The notes beneath the pieces are model-generated. The model was not told where the DNA came from. It searched no databases and was given only the letters and a program-made list of their open reading frames with translations. Of a DNA stretch of 14,314 nt, positions 1-8,227 are shown piece by piece (within the stretch, counting starts at the first letter, position 1; each line of letters begins with the position of its first letter). The translations under genes were made by a program, and so were the position numbers. The stretch comes from an uncultured Eubacteriales bacterium (GTDB taxonomy: Bacteria > Bacillota > Clostridia > TANB77 > RGIG9151): the NCBI GenBank assembly GCA_964475435.1, contig CAYYWT010000028.1, forward strand, positions 1 to 14,314, read 5' to 3'.

Positions 1-17
1 TTAAATTCAAGCATAAA

Positions 18-48
18 AAATGTCCTCCTTTCTGGAAAGAGAACATTT
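18..48 (-). other. Imperfect ~13 bp hairpin. It is either a second terminator after the tRNA or a structure occluding the SD of a gene that starts at the window edge.
   Basis: On the minus strand AAATGTTCTCTTTC-CA-GAAAGGAGGACATTT is followed by TTT then ATG (14..12). The 3' arm contains a consensus SD AGGAGG (29..24) 9 nt upstream of that ATG. Only 4 codons (MLEF) lie inside the window, so no CDS is called. Confidence 0.35.
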
Positions 49-57
49 AAGTTTTGT

Positions 58-95
58 ATAAAATAAAAACTCACGATACCATATTGGTTCGTAAG
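58..95 (-). terminator. Rho-independent terminator downstream of tRNA-Thr
   Basis: On the minus strand CTTACGAACC-AATAT-GGTATCGTGAG (95..70) forms a ~10 bp stem with one bulged A and one G-U pair. It is followed directly by TTTTTATTTTAT (69..58) and lies 11 nt after the tRNA CCA end. Confidence 0.6.
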
Positions 96-106
96 TTGTT
101 TTCAAA

Positions 107-182
<76 letters not shown>

Positions 183-197
183 ATCTACATCTTCTAA

Positions 198-226
198 ATT
201 CTATCATTATAAACAAAAAAAATCAA
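198..226 (-). promoter_or_regulatory. SigA-type promoter for the tRNA-Thr gene
   Basis: On the minus strand TTGATT (226..221), an exact 17 nt spacer, then TAGAAT (203..198). The -10 ends ~15 nt upstream of the mature tRNA 5' end (182), which implies a short RNase P-processed leader. Confidence 0.55.
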
Positions 227-350
227 TAGCTCACAAAGACTTTTTTAACTCCTCTAATTATTTTTTCATTGGTATAAAGCATTGTACTTTACCAAGCGAG
301 CCAAAAAATATTTTTGTAAAACAAGATAAAGTCCAACGCTTTATGATTTT

Positions 351-725
351 TTACGCCATTTCTACCATAACTTTACCCGGTTCAACGGCATCTCCTTCTT
401 TAACCAAAATATTTGTAACCGTACCGGCATCCGGCGCAACAATCTCATTTTCCATTTTCATCGCCTCTAAGATTAATAAAACCTCGTGTTTTTCTACTTT
501 CGCACCAATCGAAGTTTTTATCTTCCAAATGTTACCCGGCATAGGCGCAACAACCTTAATGTTTCCACTAGACGGCGCAACCTTATTTTCTACCATTTTT
601 TCTTCTTTAACCTCTTGAACAGGCACACTAGATGTTTCCGCCATTTTTACTTCTCCCGGCTTAACATCTTCTACCTTAACATCATACACAGTACCATTTA
701 CCGTAACTTTAAGAAATTTCTCCAT
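351..725 (-). CDS. Biotin carboxyl carrier subunit, of the 1.3S transcarboxylase / decarboxylase gamma-subunit type, 124 aa
   Basis: The biotinyl-lysine motif EAMKMENEI sits in a C-terminal lipoyl/biotinyl fold. The N-terminus MEKFLKVTVNGTVYDVKVE resembles, from memory, the Propionibacterium 1.3S subunit and the MmdC/GcdC type. The ORF-track start (GTG at 734) abuts the SD. The ATG at 725 lies 9 nt after AGGAAGG and is preferred. Confidence 0.9.
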   Translation of the reverse strand: MEKFLKVTVNGTVYDVKVEDVKPGEVKMAETSSVPVQEVKEEKMVENKVAPSSGNIKVVAPMPGNIWKIKTSIGAKVEKHEVLLILEAMKMENEIVAPDAGTVTNILVKEGDAVEPGKVMVEMA

Positions 726-749
726 TTTTTCCACCCTTCCTCATTAGTA

Positions 750-929
750 TTATTTTTCAAAGGTATCTTGCCTTAAAACTGCATTCCAAATCGGTGACTC
801 AAGTTTTCCGCGTTTCATTCTGGTTACATTTAAATTACTCTCCCCGGTCATCATTTCATTAACCGCAGTAATAATCGCAACTCTTAATTTATCATCACTC
901 ACATTATTCAAAATATTTATATTATACAC
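750..929 (-). CDS. Small 59-aa ORF not in the supplied track; resembles the soluble C-terminal part of OadG/MmdD-family small subunits (MmdE-like)
   Basis: A GTG start (929..927) lies 7 nt after a perfect AGGAGG, and that SD overlaps the TAG stop of the upstream carboxyltransferase (translational coupling). Translation: VYNINILNNVSDDKLRVAIITAVNEMMTGESNLNVTRMKRGKLESPIWNAVLRQDTFEK. The stop is TAA at 752..750. It fills an otherwise empty 206 nt gap between two subunit genes. It has no hydrophobic TM segment. Confidence 0.5.
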   Translation of the reverse strand: MYNINILNNVSDDKLRVAIITAVNEMMTGESNLNVTRMKRGKLESPIWNAVLRQDTFEK

Positions 930-940
930 TTAATTTCCTC

Positions 941-2317
941 CTAAAAAGGCATATTTCCGTGCCTCTTATTTATTTTTATATCCCTCTTACTTACATATAA
1001 TTCAAGCGCATTTATAATTCTCTTTCTCGTTTCACTCGGACTAATAACTCCGTCTATAAATCCGGTATTTTCAGCATTATTCGGTATAGCCTCATTTTCT
1101 AAATAATCTTGTAACTTTTCTTCTCTATACTCTACCGGATTTTCCGAATTAGCGATTTCATCATTATACATCACATTAACCGCAACTTTTGGCGATGCAA
1201 CAGATATTTTAGCACTATCCCAAGCCAAAGTAATATCCGCTCCAATTCCCATAGCCAGCGAAACTCCTCCAAACATACTTCCCGTAATAATATTTATTTT
1301 AGGAACAACAGCATCAGAGTAAGCAAAAATCATTCCTGCTATCTTTTTAGAAATTCCGCTCTTTTCTTCAACTATACTAACCTTAGCTCCTTCAACATCG
1401 CTAAACGTCACAATCGGTATATTAAAAGCATCACAAAATCTAATAAATCTCGTCGCTTTATCCACCGAGCAAGTATCCGGCATTTTATCCACATTAGCTA
1501 TAACTCCGCAACTTCTTCCGCCAAACCTTGCAAAGCCAACCGCTATACTCTTACCAAATCCGGACTGCAATTCAAAAAATTTGTTATCGTCACATACAGA
1601 AAAAATAATTTCTTTATTACTCTCTATCTCCGAATTTAATTCCTCACATTCTCTATTTAGGTCGTCACTTTCAAAAATACAAACATCCGCCAAATTATTA
1701 TCCGGTAAATAACTAATTAACTCTTTTACCTTCTCCATACATTCACTATCGTCTTGAGCCAAAACGTGACACATTCCGGAATTCTCAAAATGAGTCTTAG
1801 CTCCTCCAAGTTCTTCCGCCGAAATCTCTTTTCCTTCACTTATAATCATATTTTGAGGTCCATTTAAAAACATCTTGCTTTTACTATCTATCATAAACAC
1901 AAAATCACTAAAATTAATTGCAAACGAATTAACCCCCACCGCATTTCCTAAACAAACAGCCAGCTGAGGAACAATACCGGACGCCTCCGCCATCTTATTT
2001 AGCATCTTCTTTATACTCAAAAATACCTTAGACGTTTCATCAATTTTTACTCCAATCGAGTCATATACTCCAATTAACGGAACACCGTTTTTAATCGCCA
2101 TATCAATAACTCTAGAAATCTTCTCACAATTTTTTTCGGTAATAGCTCCATTATCTACCGAACTATCCTGAACAAAAACACAAACAGGACGTAAGTTTAT
2201 AGTACCGTATCCCCCGATAACTCCTCTATCATAGTTTTCTAAAATCTCTACAAAACTCCTATCATCAAGCAAATCGCTCAATACTTTTCTTGCATTTGAA
2301 ATAACTTCATTTTGCAT
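941..2317 (-). CDS. Acyl-CoA carboxyltransferase subunit (methylmalonyl-CoA decarboxylase alpha / propionyl-CoA carboxylase beta / 12S family), 458 aa
   Basis: Family-typical blocks are LLDDRSFVEI, GVIGGYGTINLRPVCVFVQD, FNIPIVTFSDVEG and ITGSMFGGVSLAM. The ATG at 2317 has an AAGGA SD 7 nt upstream. It is shorter than the ~510 aa that I recall as typical for this family. Confidence 0.9.
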   Translation of the reverse strand: MQNEVISNARKVLSDLLDDRSFVEILENYDRGVIGGYGTINLRPVCVFVQDSSVDNGAITEKNCEKISRVIDMAIKNGVPLIGVYDSIGVKIDETSKVFLSIKKMLNKMAEASGIVPQLAVCLGNAVGVNSFAINFSDFVFMIDSKSKMFLNGPQNMIISEGKEISAEELGGAKTHFENSGMCHVLAQDDSECMEKVKELISYLPDNNLADVCIFESDDLNRECEELNSEIESNKEIIFSVCDDNKFFELQSGFGKSIAVGFARFGGRSCGVIANVDKMPDTCSVDKATRFIRFCDAFNIPIVTFSDVEGAKVSIVEEKSGISKKIAGMIFAYSDAVVPKINIITGSMFGGVSLAMGIGADITLAWDSAKISVASPKVAVNVMYNDEIANSENPVEYREEKLQDYLENEAIPNNAENTGFIDGVISPSETRKRIINALELYVSKRDIKINKRHGNMPF

Positions 2318-2348
2318 TTAACAATCCTTCCCTTCTAATACTTTTTCT

Positions 2349-2837
2349 TTAGTATCCTTCTTTTCCCGATAACGACTCATCATCCAAAATCCACGAATTA
2401 ACATCTATAATTCTATAATTATCCTTATCATCTCTAATAACAACCTTCTCAATTCCGGCATTTATAACCATTCTTTTACACATAGAACAACAACTCGTTC
2501 CGGCTACTAATTCTCCGGTTTTATAATCTCTGCAAGCTAAATATAACGTCGCTCCAATCATATCTTTACGAGACGCTGAAATAATCGCATTAGCTTCAGC
2601 ATGTACCGAACGACAAAGTTCATACCTTGTTCCTCTAGGAACATTTAATTCTTCTCTTACACATTTCCCTAAATCACAACAATTCTTTCTCCCTCTCGGA
2701 GCTCCTACATATCCTGTAGATATTATCTCATCATTTTTTACAATAATAGCTCCAAAATTTCTTCGTATACAAGTTCCTCTTTCTATAACCGTTTCCGCAA
2801 TATCTAAATAATAACTGTTTTTATCTCGTCTATCCAT
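2349..2837 (-). CDS. dCMP (deoxycytidylate) deaminase, ComEB-type zinc deaminase, 162 aa
   Basis: It has the HAEANAI (H-A-E) zinc/catalytic motif and a downstream CSMC motif (C-x-x-C). The ORF-track start is a GTG inside the SD. The ATG at 2837 lies 8 nt after AGGAG and is preferred. Confidence 0.88.
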   Translation of the reverse strand: MDRRDKNSYYLDIAETVIERGTCIRRNFGAIIVKNDEIISTGYVGAPRGRKNCCDLGKCVREELNVPRGTRYELCRSVHAEANAIISASRKDMIGATLYLACRDYKTGELVAGTSCCSMCKRMVINAGIEKVVIRDDKDNYRIIDVNSWILDDESLSGKEGY

Positions 2838-2851
2838 TTTTCTCACTCCTA

Positions 2852-3445
2852 CTAAACTCCTTGATATATCCTTTTATACATAGCATATGTGTTCATTACT
2901 TTTTGTTCATATTTTCTTGTTTCTTCAAACGGAATAACATTAAGTTGTTGACCGTTATCGCTATATTCCTTTTGGCTAAGCCATTTATTAACATTAGTCG
3001 GGCCGGCATTATACGCTGTTACCGCTAAACTGACCTCTCCATTAAATTTATCCAATAAATACTTAAAATACCACACACCAATCATAATATTTTTTTCGGT
3101 ATCAAACAAGTCCTCAGAAGTAAAATTTTCAATTTTCAATTTCTCAGCTACCCACATTCCGGTATCCGGCATAATTTGCATAAGTCCGATAGCTCCTTTT
3201 TTAGAAACAGCATCTTGTGTATAATTACTTTCCGAACGAATAATAGAATAAACCAAATATTCATCAACATCATACATATTACTGTACTTTAATACAAATT
3301 CTTCATACTCAGTCGGATATCTTAATTTATAAACATCTTCAACATTAAGAAAACCTTTATAAAACATACTTAATACCCAAAAACACGCAATTATTAAAAT
3401 TAAATTTTTTATTCCCGTCCAAAAATTATTTTTCTTCTTTGCCAA
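2852..3445 (-). CDS. Membrane-anchored lytic transglycosylase (SLT domain), 197 aa
   Basis: The N-terminal TM segment is IKNLILIIACFWVLSMF. The SLT signature is ESNYTQDAVSKKGAIGLMQIMP followed by AYNAGP. A TTG start lies 8 nt after AAGGAAG. Confidence 0.85.
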   Translation of the reverse strand: MAKKKNNFWTGIKNLILIIACFWVLSMFYKGFLNVEDVYKLRYPTEYEEFVLKYSNMYDVDEYLVYSIIRSESNYTQDAVSKKGAIGLMQIMPDTGMWVAEKLKIENFTSEDLFDTEKNIMIGVWYFKYLLDKFNGEVSLAVTAYNAGPTNVNKWLSQKEYSDNGQQLNVIPFEETRKYEQKVMNTYAMYKRIYQGV

Positions 3446-3463
3446 GATGTTTTCTTCCTTTCA

Positions 3464-6073
3464 TTATTTCGCATCTAACCAACTATTCCCTGTATTTAAA
3501 TCAACCTTAAGCTTTACTTTAAGCTTTGTCGCATTCTCCATAGAGTCTTTTACGATTTTACTCACTTCTTCAATTTCATCTTCAGCCGTTTCAACCAAAA
3601 GTTCATCGTGAACCTGTAAAATAAGTTTCGACTTTTTACCTTCAAGCTTTTTATATACATCTATCATAGCAATCTTAATTATATCAGCAGCACTTCCTTG
3701 AATTGGCATATTCATCGCAATTCTTTCTCCGAAAGACCTTAAATTAAAATTACTTGATTTTACCTCCGGAACATATCTTCTCCTATGAAAAATCGTTTCA
3801 ACATATCCCTTTTCTTTAGCAAAATTTATACTGTTACTCATATATTCTTTAATTCCTGAAAAATGTTCAAAATACATATCAATATATTCTTTAGCTTCTT
3901 TTCGCGTTATTCCTAAGTCTTGTCCCAAAGAAAATTCACTTTGACCATACACAATTCCGAAATTTACAGCCTTAGCTTTCGATCTTAATTTAGGCGTAAC
4001 CTCTTCTTTAGAAATATGAAAAATTTGAGATGCAGTAGTCGTATGAATATCCTCATCGCTATTAAATGAATTTATCATAACTCCGTCATTCGACATATCA
4101 GCTAAAACCCTCAACTCAATTTGAGAATAATCCGCATCAATATATACATATCCATCATTAGGTATAAACATTTTCCTTATCTTTTTACCTGCTTCCATTC
4201 TAACAGGAATATTTTGAAGATTAGGCTCAGTACTACTAAGTCTTCCCGTCGCAGTACTAGTTTGATTAAAATTAGAATGTATCCTTCCGGTAACCGGATT
4301 TATTACCCCTTCTAAGCCATCTATATAAGTAGATTTCAGTTTTATATATTGCTTATGCTCAAGTATTTTATCTATTATAGGATGCTTATCTCGAAGATTT
4401 TCTAACGTATCCGCATCAGTAGCATATCCTCTATGCGTTTTTTTACTAGCCGGGAGTCCCAACTTTTCAAAAAGTATATCCCCTAATTGTTTAGGAGATT
4501 TCAAGTTAAATTCCTCTCCTGCCAGTTTAAAAATCTCTTTTTCAAGCATATCTATTTTTTCTTGAAGTTCCTTACCGTAATCTTGTAATAAATTTCTCTC
4601 AACCTTCATTCCGGCAACTTGCATACCGGCCAATACTTCTATTAACGGCATTTCTATTTCGTTAAATAATATTTCTTGATTATTCTTCTTTATATTTTCT
4701 AAATAAAAATCTTTAAATTGCCAAATTACCTTTGCCGCCGAACAAACATATTCATTATTATCCACATCTTTTTGAGTCTCAAAAAAACTTATTTGAGTAC
4801 TCGTTTTATCTTTTATTGAATTTAACTCAAAACCTGTCTTTTCAATTGTAAATTTTTCAATATCATCTATAACTTGATTAGGATTTACAACATATTGAGC
4901 TATCGCTAAATCAAAAACAAGATTTTTAATTTTTATTCCTTTGCTAAGTAAATTAACATACAAAGGCTTTGTATTAATACCATATTTCTTTGCATCGCTT
5001 TCAAAAATCGCCTTTATAATCTCGTCATTATCTACGTCAACACAATATACCCCTTTATCCGAAAAAATTCCTATCTGAACTTTAGTCCTTTCAAAAACAA
5101 AAAAAGCAAATTCAGAAAGTCCACTAATTTTAGTCGCATCAAACACCTTTTCTCCGATAACCGGTTCAAAATATTCTTGAACCACTCCCTCTCCGGGAGT
5201 AAGATTTAATTTTTTTATAAGAGAAATAAACTCTAGTTTATTAAAGAGTTCATATAATTTATCATTATCATAATCTAAAAGCTTGTAATCTTCTGAAAAT
5301 TCAAGCGGAATATCGGTATTAATAATCGCAAGAGTTCTGCTTAAATATGCTAACTCCTTATTCTCTTTTAATGAAATCCTAGACTTAGGTTTTACAACAT
5401 TACTATCTAAATTTTCATAAAGATTATCTATTGTTTTAAATTCCTTAATATACGAAAGAGCTGTTTTCTCGCCAATTCCGGGAACTCCTGGTATATTATC
5501 CGAAGCATCCCCCATAAGTCCTTTTACCTCTATAAGATCAATCGGATTTAATCCGTATTTTTCATATATTTTTGAAGAATCATATAATTCCGTTTCAGTT
5601 TTTCCACCCTTTGTTACAGGCATTTTTACCACAATTCCGTCTTCTATTAACTGAAACGAGTCTCTATCTCCTGTAAATAAAATCGTGTCAATATTTTTCG
5701 CTTTCGCCTTCTTAGAAAGCGTACCTAAGATATCATCAGCTTCAAACCCTTCCATTTCAATTCTGGAAATATTCATAGCATCTAAAACTTCTTTTATTAT
5801 AGGCATTTGTTCCGCAAGTTCATCAGGCATTCCTTTTCTTTGAGCTTTATATCCCTCATACATCTTATGACGAAATGTAGGCACTCTTAAATCAAAAGCA
5901 ACAACTAAATAATCAGGCTTATCTTCTGCTAAAATTTTAAAGAGAATTGTTAAAAATCCGTAAACAGCATTAGTATGAATCCCATCTTTAGTCATAAGCA
6001 TATTTTTACCGGATAATCCGTAAAACGCTCTATTCATAATACTGTTTCCATCTATTACTACAAGTTTTGACAT
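3464..6073 (-). CDS. polA: DNA polymerase I, 869 aa
   Basis: The 5' nuclease domain is marked by GDRDSFQL and GVPGIGEKTA. Polymerase motif A is DADYSQIELRVLA, motif B is RSKAKAVNFGIVYG and motif C is LQVHDELL. The central 3'-5' exonuclease-like domain lacks the acidic ExoI motif (FAFFVFERT where E. coli has FAFDTETD), as is usual in Firmicutes. Confidence 0.97.
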   Translation of the reverse strand: MSKLVVIDGNSIMNRAFYGLSGKNMLMTKDGIHTNAVYGFLTILFKILAEDKPDYLVVAFDLRVPTFRHKMYEGYKAQRKGMPDELAEQMPIIKEVLDAMNISRIEMEGFEADDILGTLSKKAKAKNIDTILFTGDRDSFQLIEDGIVVKMPVTKGGKTETELYDSSKIYEKYGLNPIDLIEVKGLMGDASDNIPGVPGIGEKTALSYIKEFKTIDNLYENLDSNVVKPKSRISLKENKELAYLSRTLAIINTDIPLEFSEDYKLLDYDNDKLYELFNKLEFISLIKKLNLTPGEGVVQEYFEPVIGEKVFDATKISGLSEFAFFVFERTKVQIGIFSDKGVYCVDVDNDEIIKAIFESDAKKYGINTKPLYVNLLSKGIKIKNLVFDLAIAQYVVNPNQVIDDIEKFTIEKTGFELNSIKDKTSTQISFFETQKDVDNNEYVCSAAKVIWQFKDFYLENIKKNNQEILFNEIEMPLIEVLAGMQVAGMKVERNLLQDYGKELQEKIDMLEKEIFKLAGEEFNLKSPKQLGDILFEKLGLPASKKTHRGYATDADTLENLRDKHPIIDKILEHKQYIKLKSTYIDGLEGVINPVTGRIHSNFNQTSTATGRLSSTEPNLQNIPVRMEAGKKIRKMFIPNDGYVYIDADYSQIELRVLADMSNDGVMINSFNSDEDIHTTTASQIFHISKEEVTPKLRSKAKAVNFGIVYGQSEFSLGQDLGITRKEAKEYIDMYFEHFSGIKEYMSNSINFAKEKGYVETIFHRRRYVPEVKSSNFNLRSFGERIAMNMPIQGSAADIIKIAMIDVYKKLEGKKSKLILQVHDELLVETAEDEIEEVSKIVKDSMENATKLKVKLKVDLNTGNSWLDAK

Positions 6074-6126
6074 ATATTATTTTCACCCTCTCATATAACG
6101 GTTAAGCCGTTATTTTCTCAAAAAAA

Positions 6127-7233
6127 TTACTCATGCTTTATATATCTTGAAATATTTAATAATATTCCTATACAAGACATAAAAATTAAAAGCGATGTTC
6201 CTCCGTAACTCATAAACGGTACTGGCATACCGGTAACCGGGAAACAACTTGTTATAATTGCAATATTTAAAATTATTTGTATAGCTATAAGCATCGTTAT
6301 ACCAATAGCAACAAGTCCTGAAAACATATCCGGAGCCTTAGTCGCAATAACAACACCCCTCCAAATTAAAATTCCAAACAATATTATAACAAATACCATT
6401 CCTATAAATCCGAGTTCTTCCCCTAAAATAGCCAAAATAAAATCATTATGAGCATCCGGCAAATAAGTATACTTTTGACGACTTTGGCCAAGACCTAAAC
6501 CAAAAAGTCCACCGCTTCCTAACGCATATAACGATTGAATAACTTGCCAACCACCATTTTGAGGATCCGACCAAGGATCTAAAAAACTTACAATACGCTC
6601 CAAACGATAATCAGCAATAAATATTCCGGCGATACCAACCGGCAAAATCGCAAGAGCTAAATAAACGAAATGTGAAATCTTAGCTCCACCGGCAAACAAA
6701 ATTATAACTGAAATTATTCCGATAATTCCAATAGCACTATAATGCGGTTCTAGATATAAAAGTCCGGCAACAATCCCTATTATTATAAAATAAGGGACTA
6801 ATCCACTCCAAAACTTCTTTATACCTTGAGGATTCATAGAAATTCTGGCACTTAAAAATATAATAATAGCAAGCTTAGCTACCTCAGACGGTTGAAGGTT
6901 AAATCCTACATATATCCATCTTTTAGCTCCTCTAATTTCTCCCGAACCTATTCCCGGCACTAAAACCAAGCAAAGTAATCCTACCGCAGCTAAAAATATC
7001 AAACCGGAAAAATTCTTATAAACTTTGTAATTTATTCTAGATAAAACAAGCATTACAACAATTCCCAAAATACCAAATAAAAGCTGTCTTACAAAAAAGT
7101 AATAGGGATTATTGTCATATTCAAGCACACCAAGATGTGAACTAGCACTAAGCACCATAAGTAAACCCAATCCATATAAAATTATAACCACAGTAAATAA
7201 TGTATAATCAAAAGGTTTTAACTTAGACTTCAT
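6127..7233 (-). CDS. ftsW: SEDS-family peptidoglycan glycosyltransferase (FtsW/SpoVE/RodA family), 368 aa
   Basis: It is polytopic and carries the SEDS blocks RWIYVGFNLQPSEVAKL, LPDAHNDFILAILGEELGFIG and FPVTGMPVPFMSYGGTSLL. It sits immediately downstream of mraY in the dcw cluster. Confidence 0.9.
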   Translation of the reverse strand: MKSKLKPFDYTLFTVVIILYGLGLLMVLSASSHLGVLEYDNNPYYFFVRQLLFGILGIVVMLVLSRINYKVYKNFSGLIFLAAVGLLCLVLVPGIGSGEIRGAKRWIYVGFNLQPSEVAKLAIIIFLSARISMNPQGIKKFWSGLVPYFIIIGIVAGLLYLEPHYSAIGIIGIISVIILFAGGAKISHFVYLALAILPVGIAGIFIADYRLERIVSFLDPWSDPQNGGWQVIQSLYALGSGGLFGLGLGQSRQKYTYLPDAHNDFILAILGEELGFIGMVFVIILFGILIWRGVVIATKAPDMFSGLVAIGITMLIAIQIILNIAIITSCFPVTGMPVPFMSYGGTSLLIFMSCIGILLNISRYIKHE

Positions 7234-7256
7234 TATAACACTCCCCTATTAATATT

Positions 7257-8225
7257 TTATAACAATACAAACGTAATCAAGCAAAAAATAATCGTACATA
7301 CCCAAAAATGCCAAACTATTTTCTTTTCACTCCAACCGCAAAGCTCTAAATGATGATGAAGAGGCGCCATTTTGAAAATCCTTTTTCCACCGGACAACTT
7401 AAAATATCCAACTTGAATAATATCAGATAAAGCCTCTATAACACATACACCCGCCACAAAAATAAGTAATATCGGCATTTGTAAAATAAGAGAAACAGTT
7501 CCGATTGCTCCTCCTAATGCAAGCGAGCCGGTATCCCCCATAAAAACCTTAGCAGGATTTATATTATAAACTAAAAATCCTAAACATGCTCCGGTCATAA
7601 TCGCAGAAAAAATCATAACAGGATTATTTCCGAGCGAAATCGCAAGTATCGTAAAAAACGTCATAATTACAACAACTATTCCGGTCGCAAGCCCGTCTAA
7701 TCCATCAGTTATATTTACAACATTCGTAGTAGACAAAAGGACTAAAATAGCAAACGGCACAAAGAAATAATATCCTAAATCATAAAACTGTCTTATAAAA
7801 GGTATATATGTAGTCGTACCTAAATTAAGAACTTCCAACACACAATATGTAACAACACCCGAAGCTATTAATAAAAGCAAAATCTTTTGCCATGCGTATA
7901 ATCCGAGAGAACGCTTATTCTTTATTTTCAAATAATCATCAATAAACCCTATAAAACCGAAAATCAATGTAGAACCTACTAACACCAATAAAGTTTGCCT
8001 ACTTGTCGGATACTTTATCATAGCCATAATTCCCATAAAACACATAGTCGATAAAAAAATCAATCCCCCCATACTTGGAGTTCCTTCCTTCTTTAAATGA
8101 GTTTCCGGTCCATCATCTCTAATATGTTGACTTACTCCAAGCTTTTTTAAAATAGGCATTATCAAAATACCGGCTATAAGCGCGACTGCAAAAGATATTA
8201 CCAAAAGTCCTACTTGTAATTTCAC
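7257..8225 (-). CDS. mraY: Phospho-N-acetylmuramoyl-pentapeptide transferase, 322 aa
   Basis: Motifs are FIDDYLKIKNK, NVVNITDGLDGLATG, FMGDTGSLALGG and APLHHHLEL. A GTG start lies 2 nt after the murE stop. Confidence 0.97.
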   Translation of the reverse strand: MKLQVGLLVISFAVALIAGILIMPILKKLGVSQHIRDDGPETHLKKEGTPSMGGLIFLSTMCFMGIMAMIKYPTSRQTLLVLVGSTLIFGFIGFIDDYLKIKNKRSLGLYAWQKILLLLIASGVVTYCVLEVLNLGTTTYIPFIRQFYDLGYYFFVPFAILVLLSTTNVVNITDGLDGLATGIVVVIMTFFTILAISLGNNPVMIFSAIMTGACLGFLVYNINPAKVFMGDTGSLALGGAIGTVSLILQMPILLIFVAGVCVIEALSDIIQVGYFKLSGGKRIFKMAPLHHHLELCGWSEKKIVWHFWVCTIIFCLITFVLL

Positions 8226-8227
8226 AA

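Noticed and set aside
270-350. Hairpins downstream of the biotin-carrier gene: ATAAAG-N7-CTTTAT at 326-344, and a bulged ~9 bp stem at 270-297
   Set aside because: The stems are AT-only or bulged, and the T-tracts are absent or poor. They are too weak to call a terminator by eye. The module may instead read through towards the tRNA promoter region.
4121-4315. Plus-strand ORF of 64 aa inside polA
   Set aside because: It is antisense to a strongly conserved polymerase region. The protein would be arginine/isoleucine-rich and of no known family. It has no SD.
4600-5200. PolA 3'-5' exonuclease domain lacks the acidic ExoI residues
   Set aside because: An inactive vestigial proofreading domain is the established norm for Firmicutes and Thermus Pol I enzymes, so it is not a novelty.
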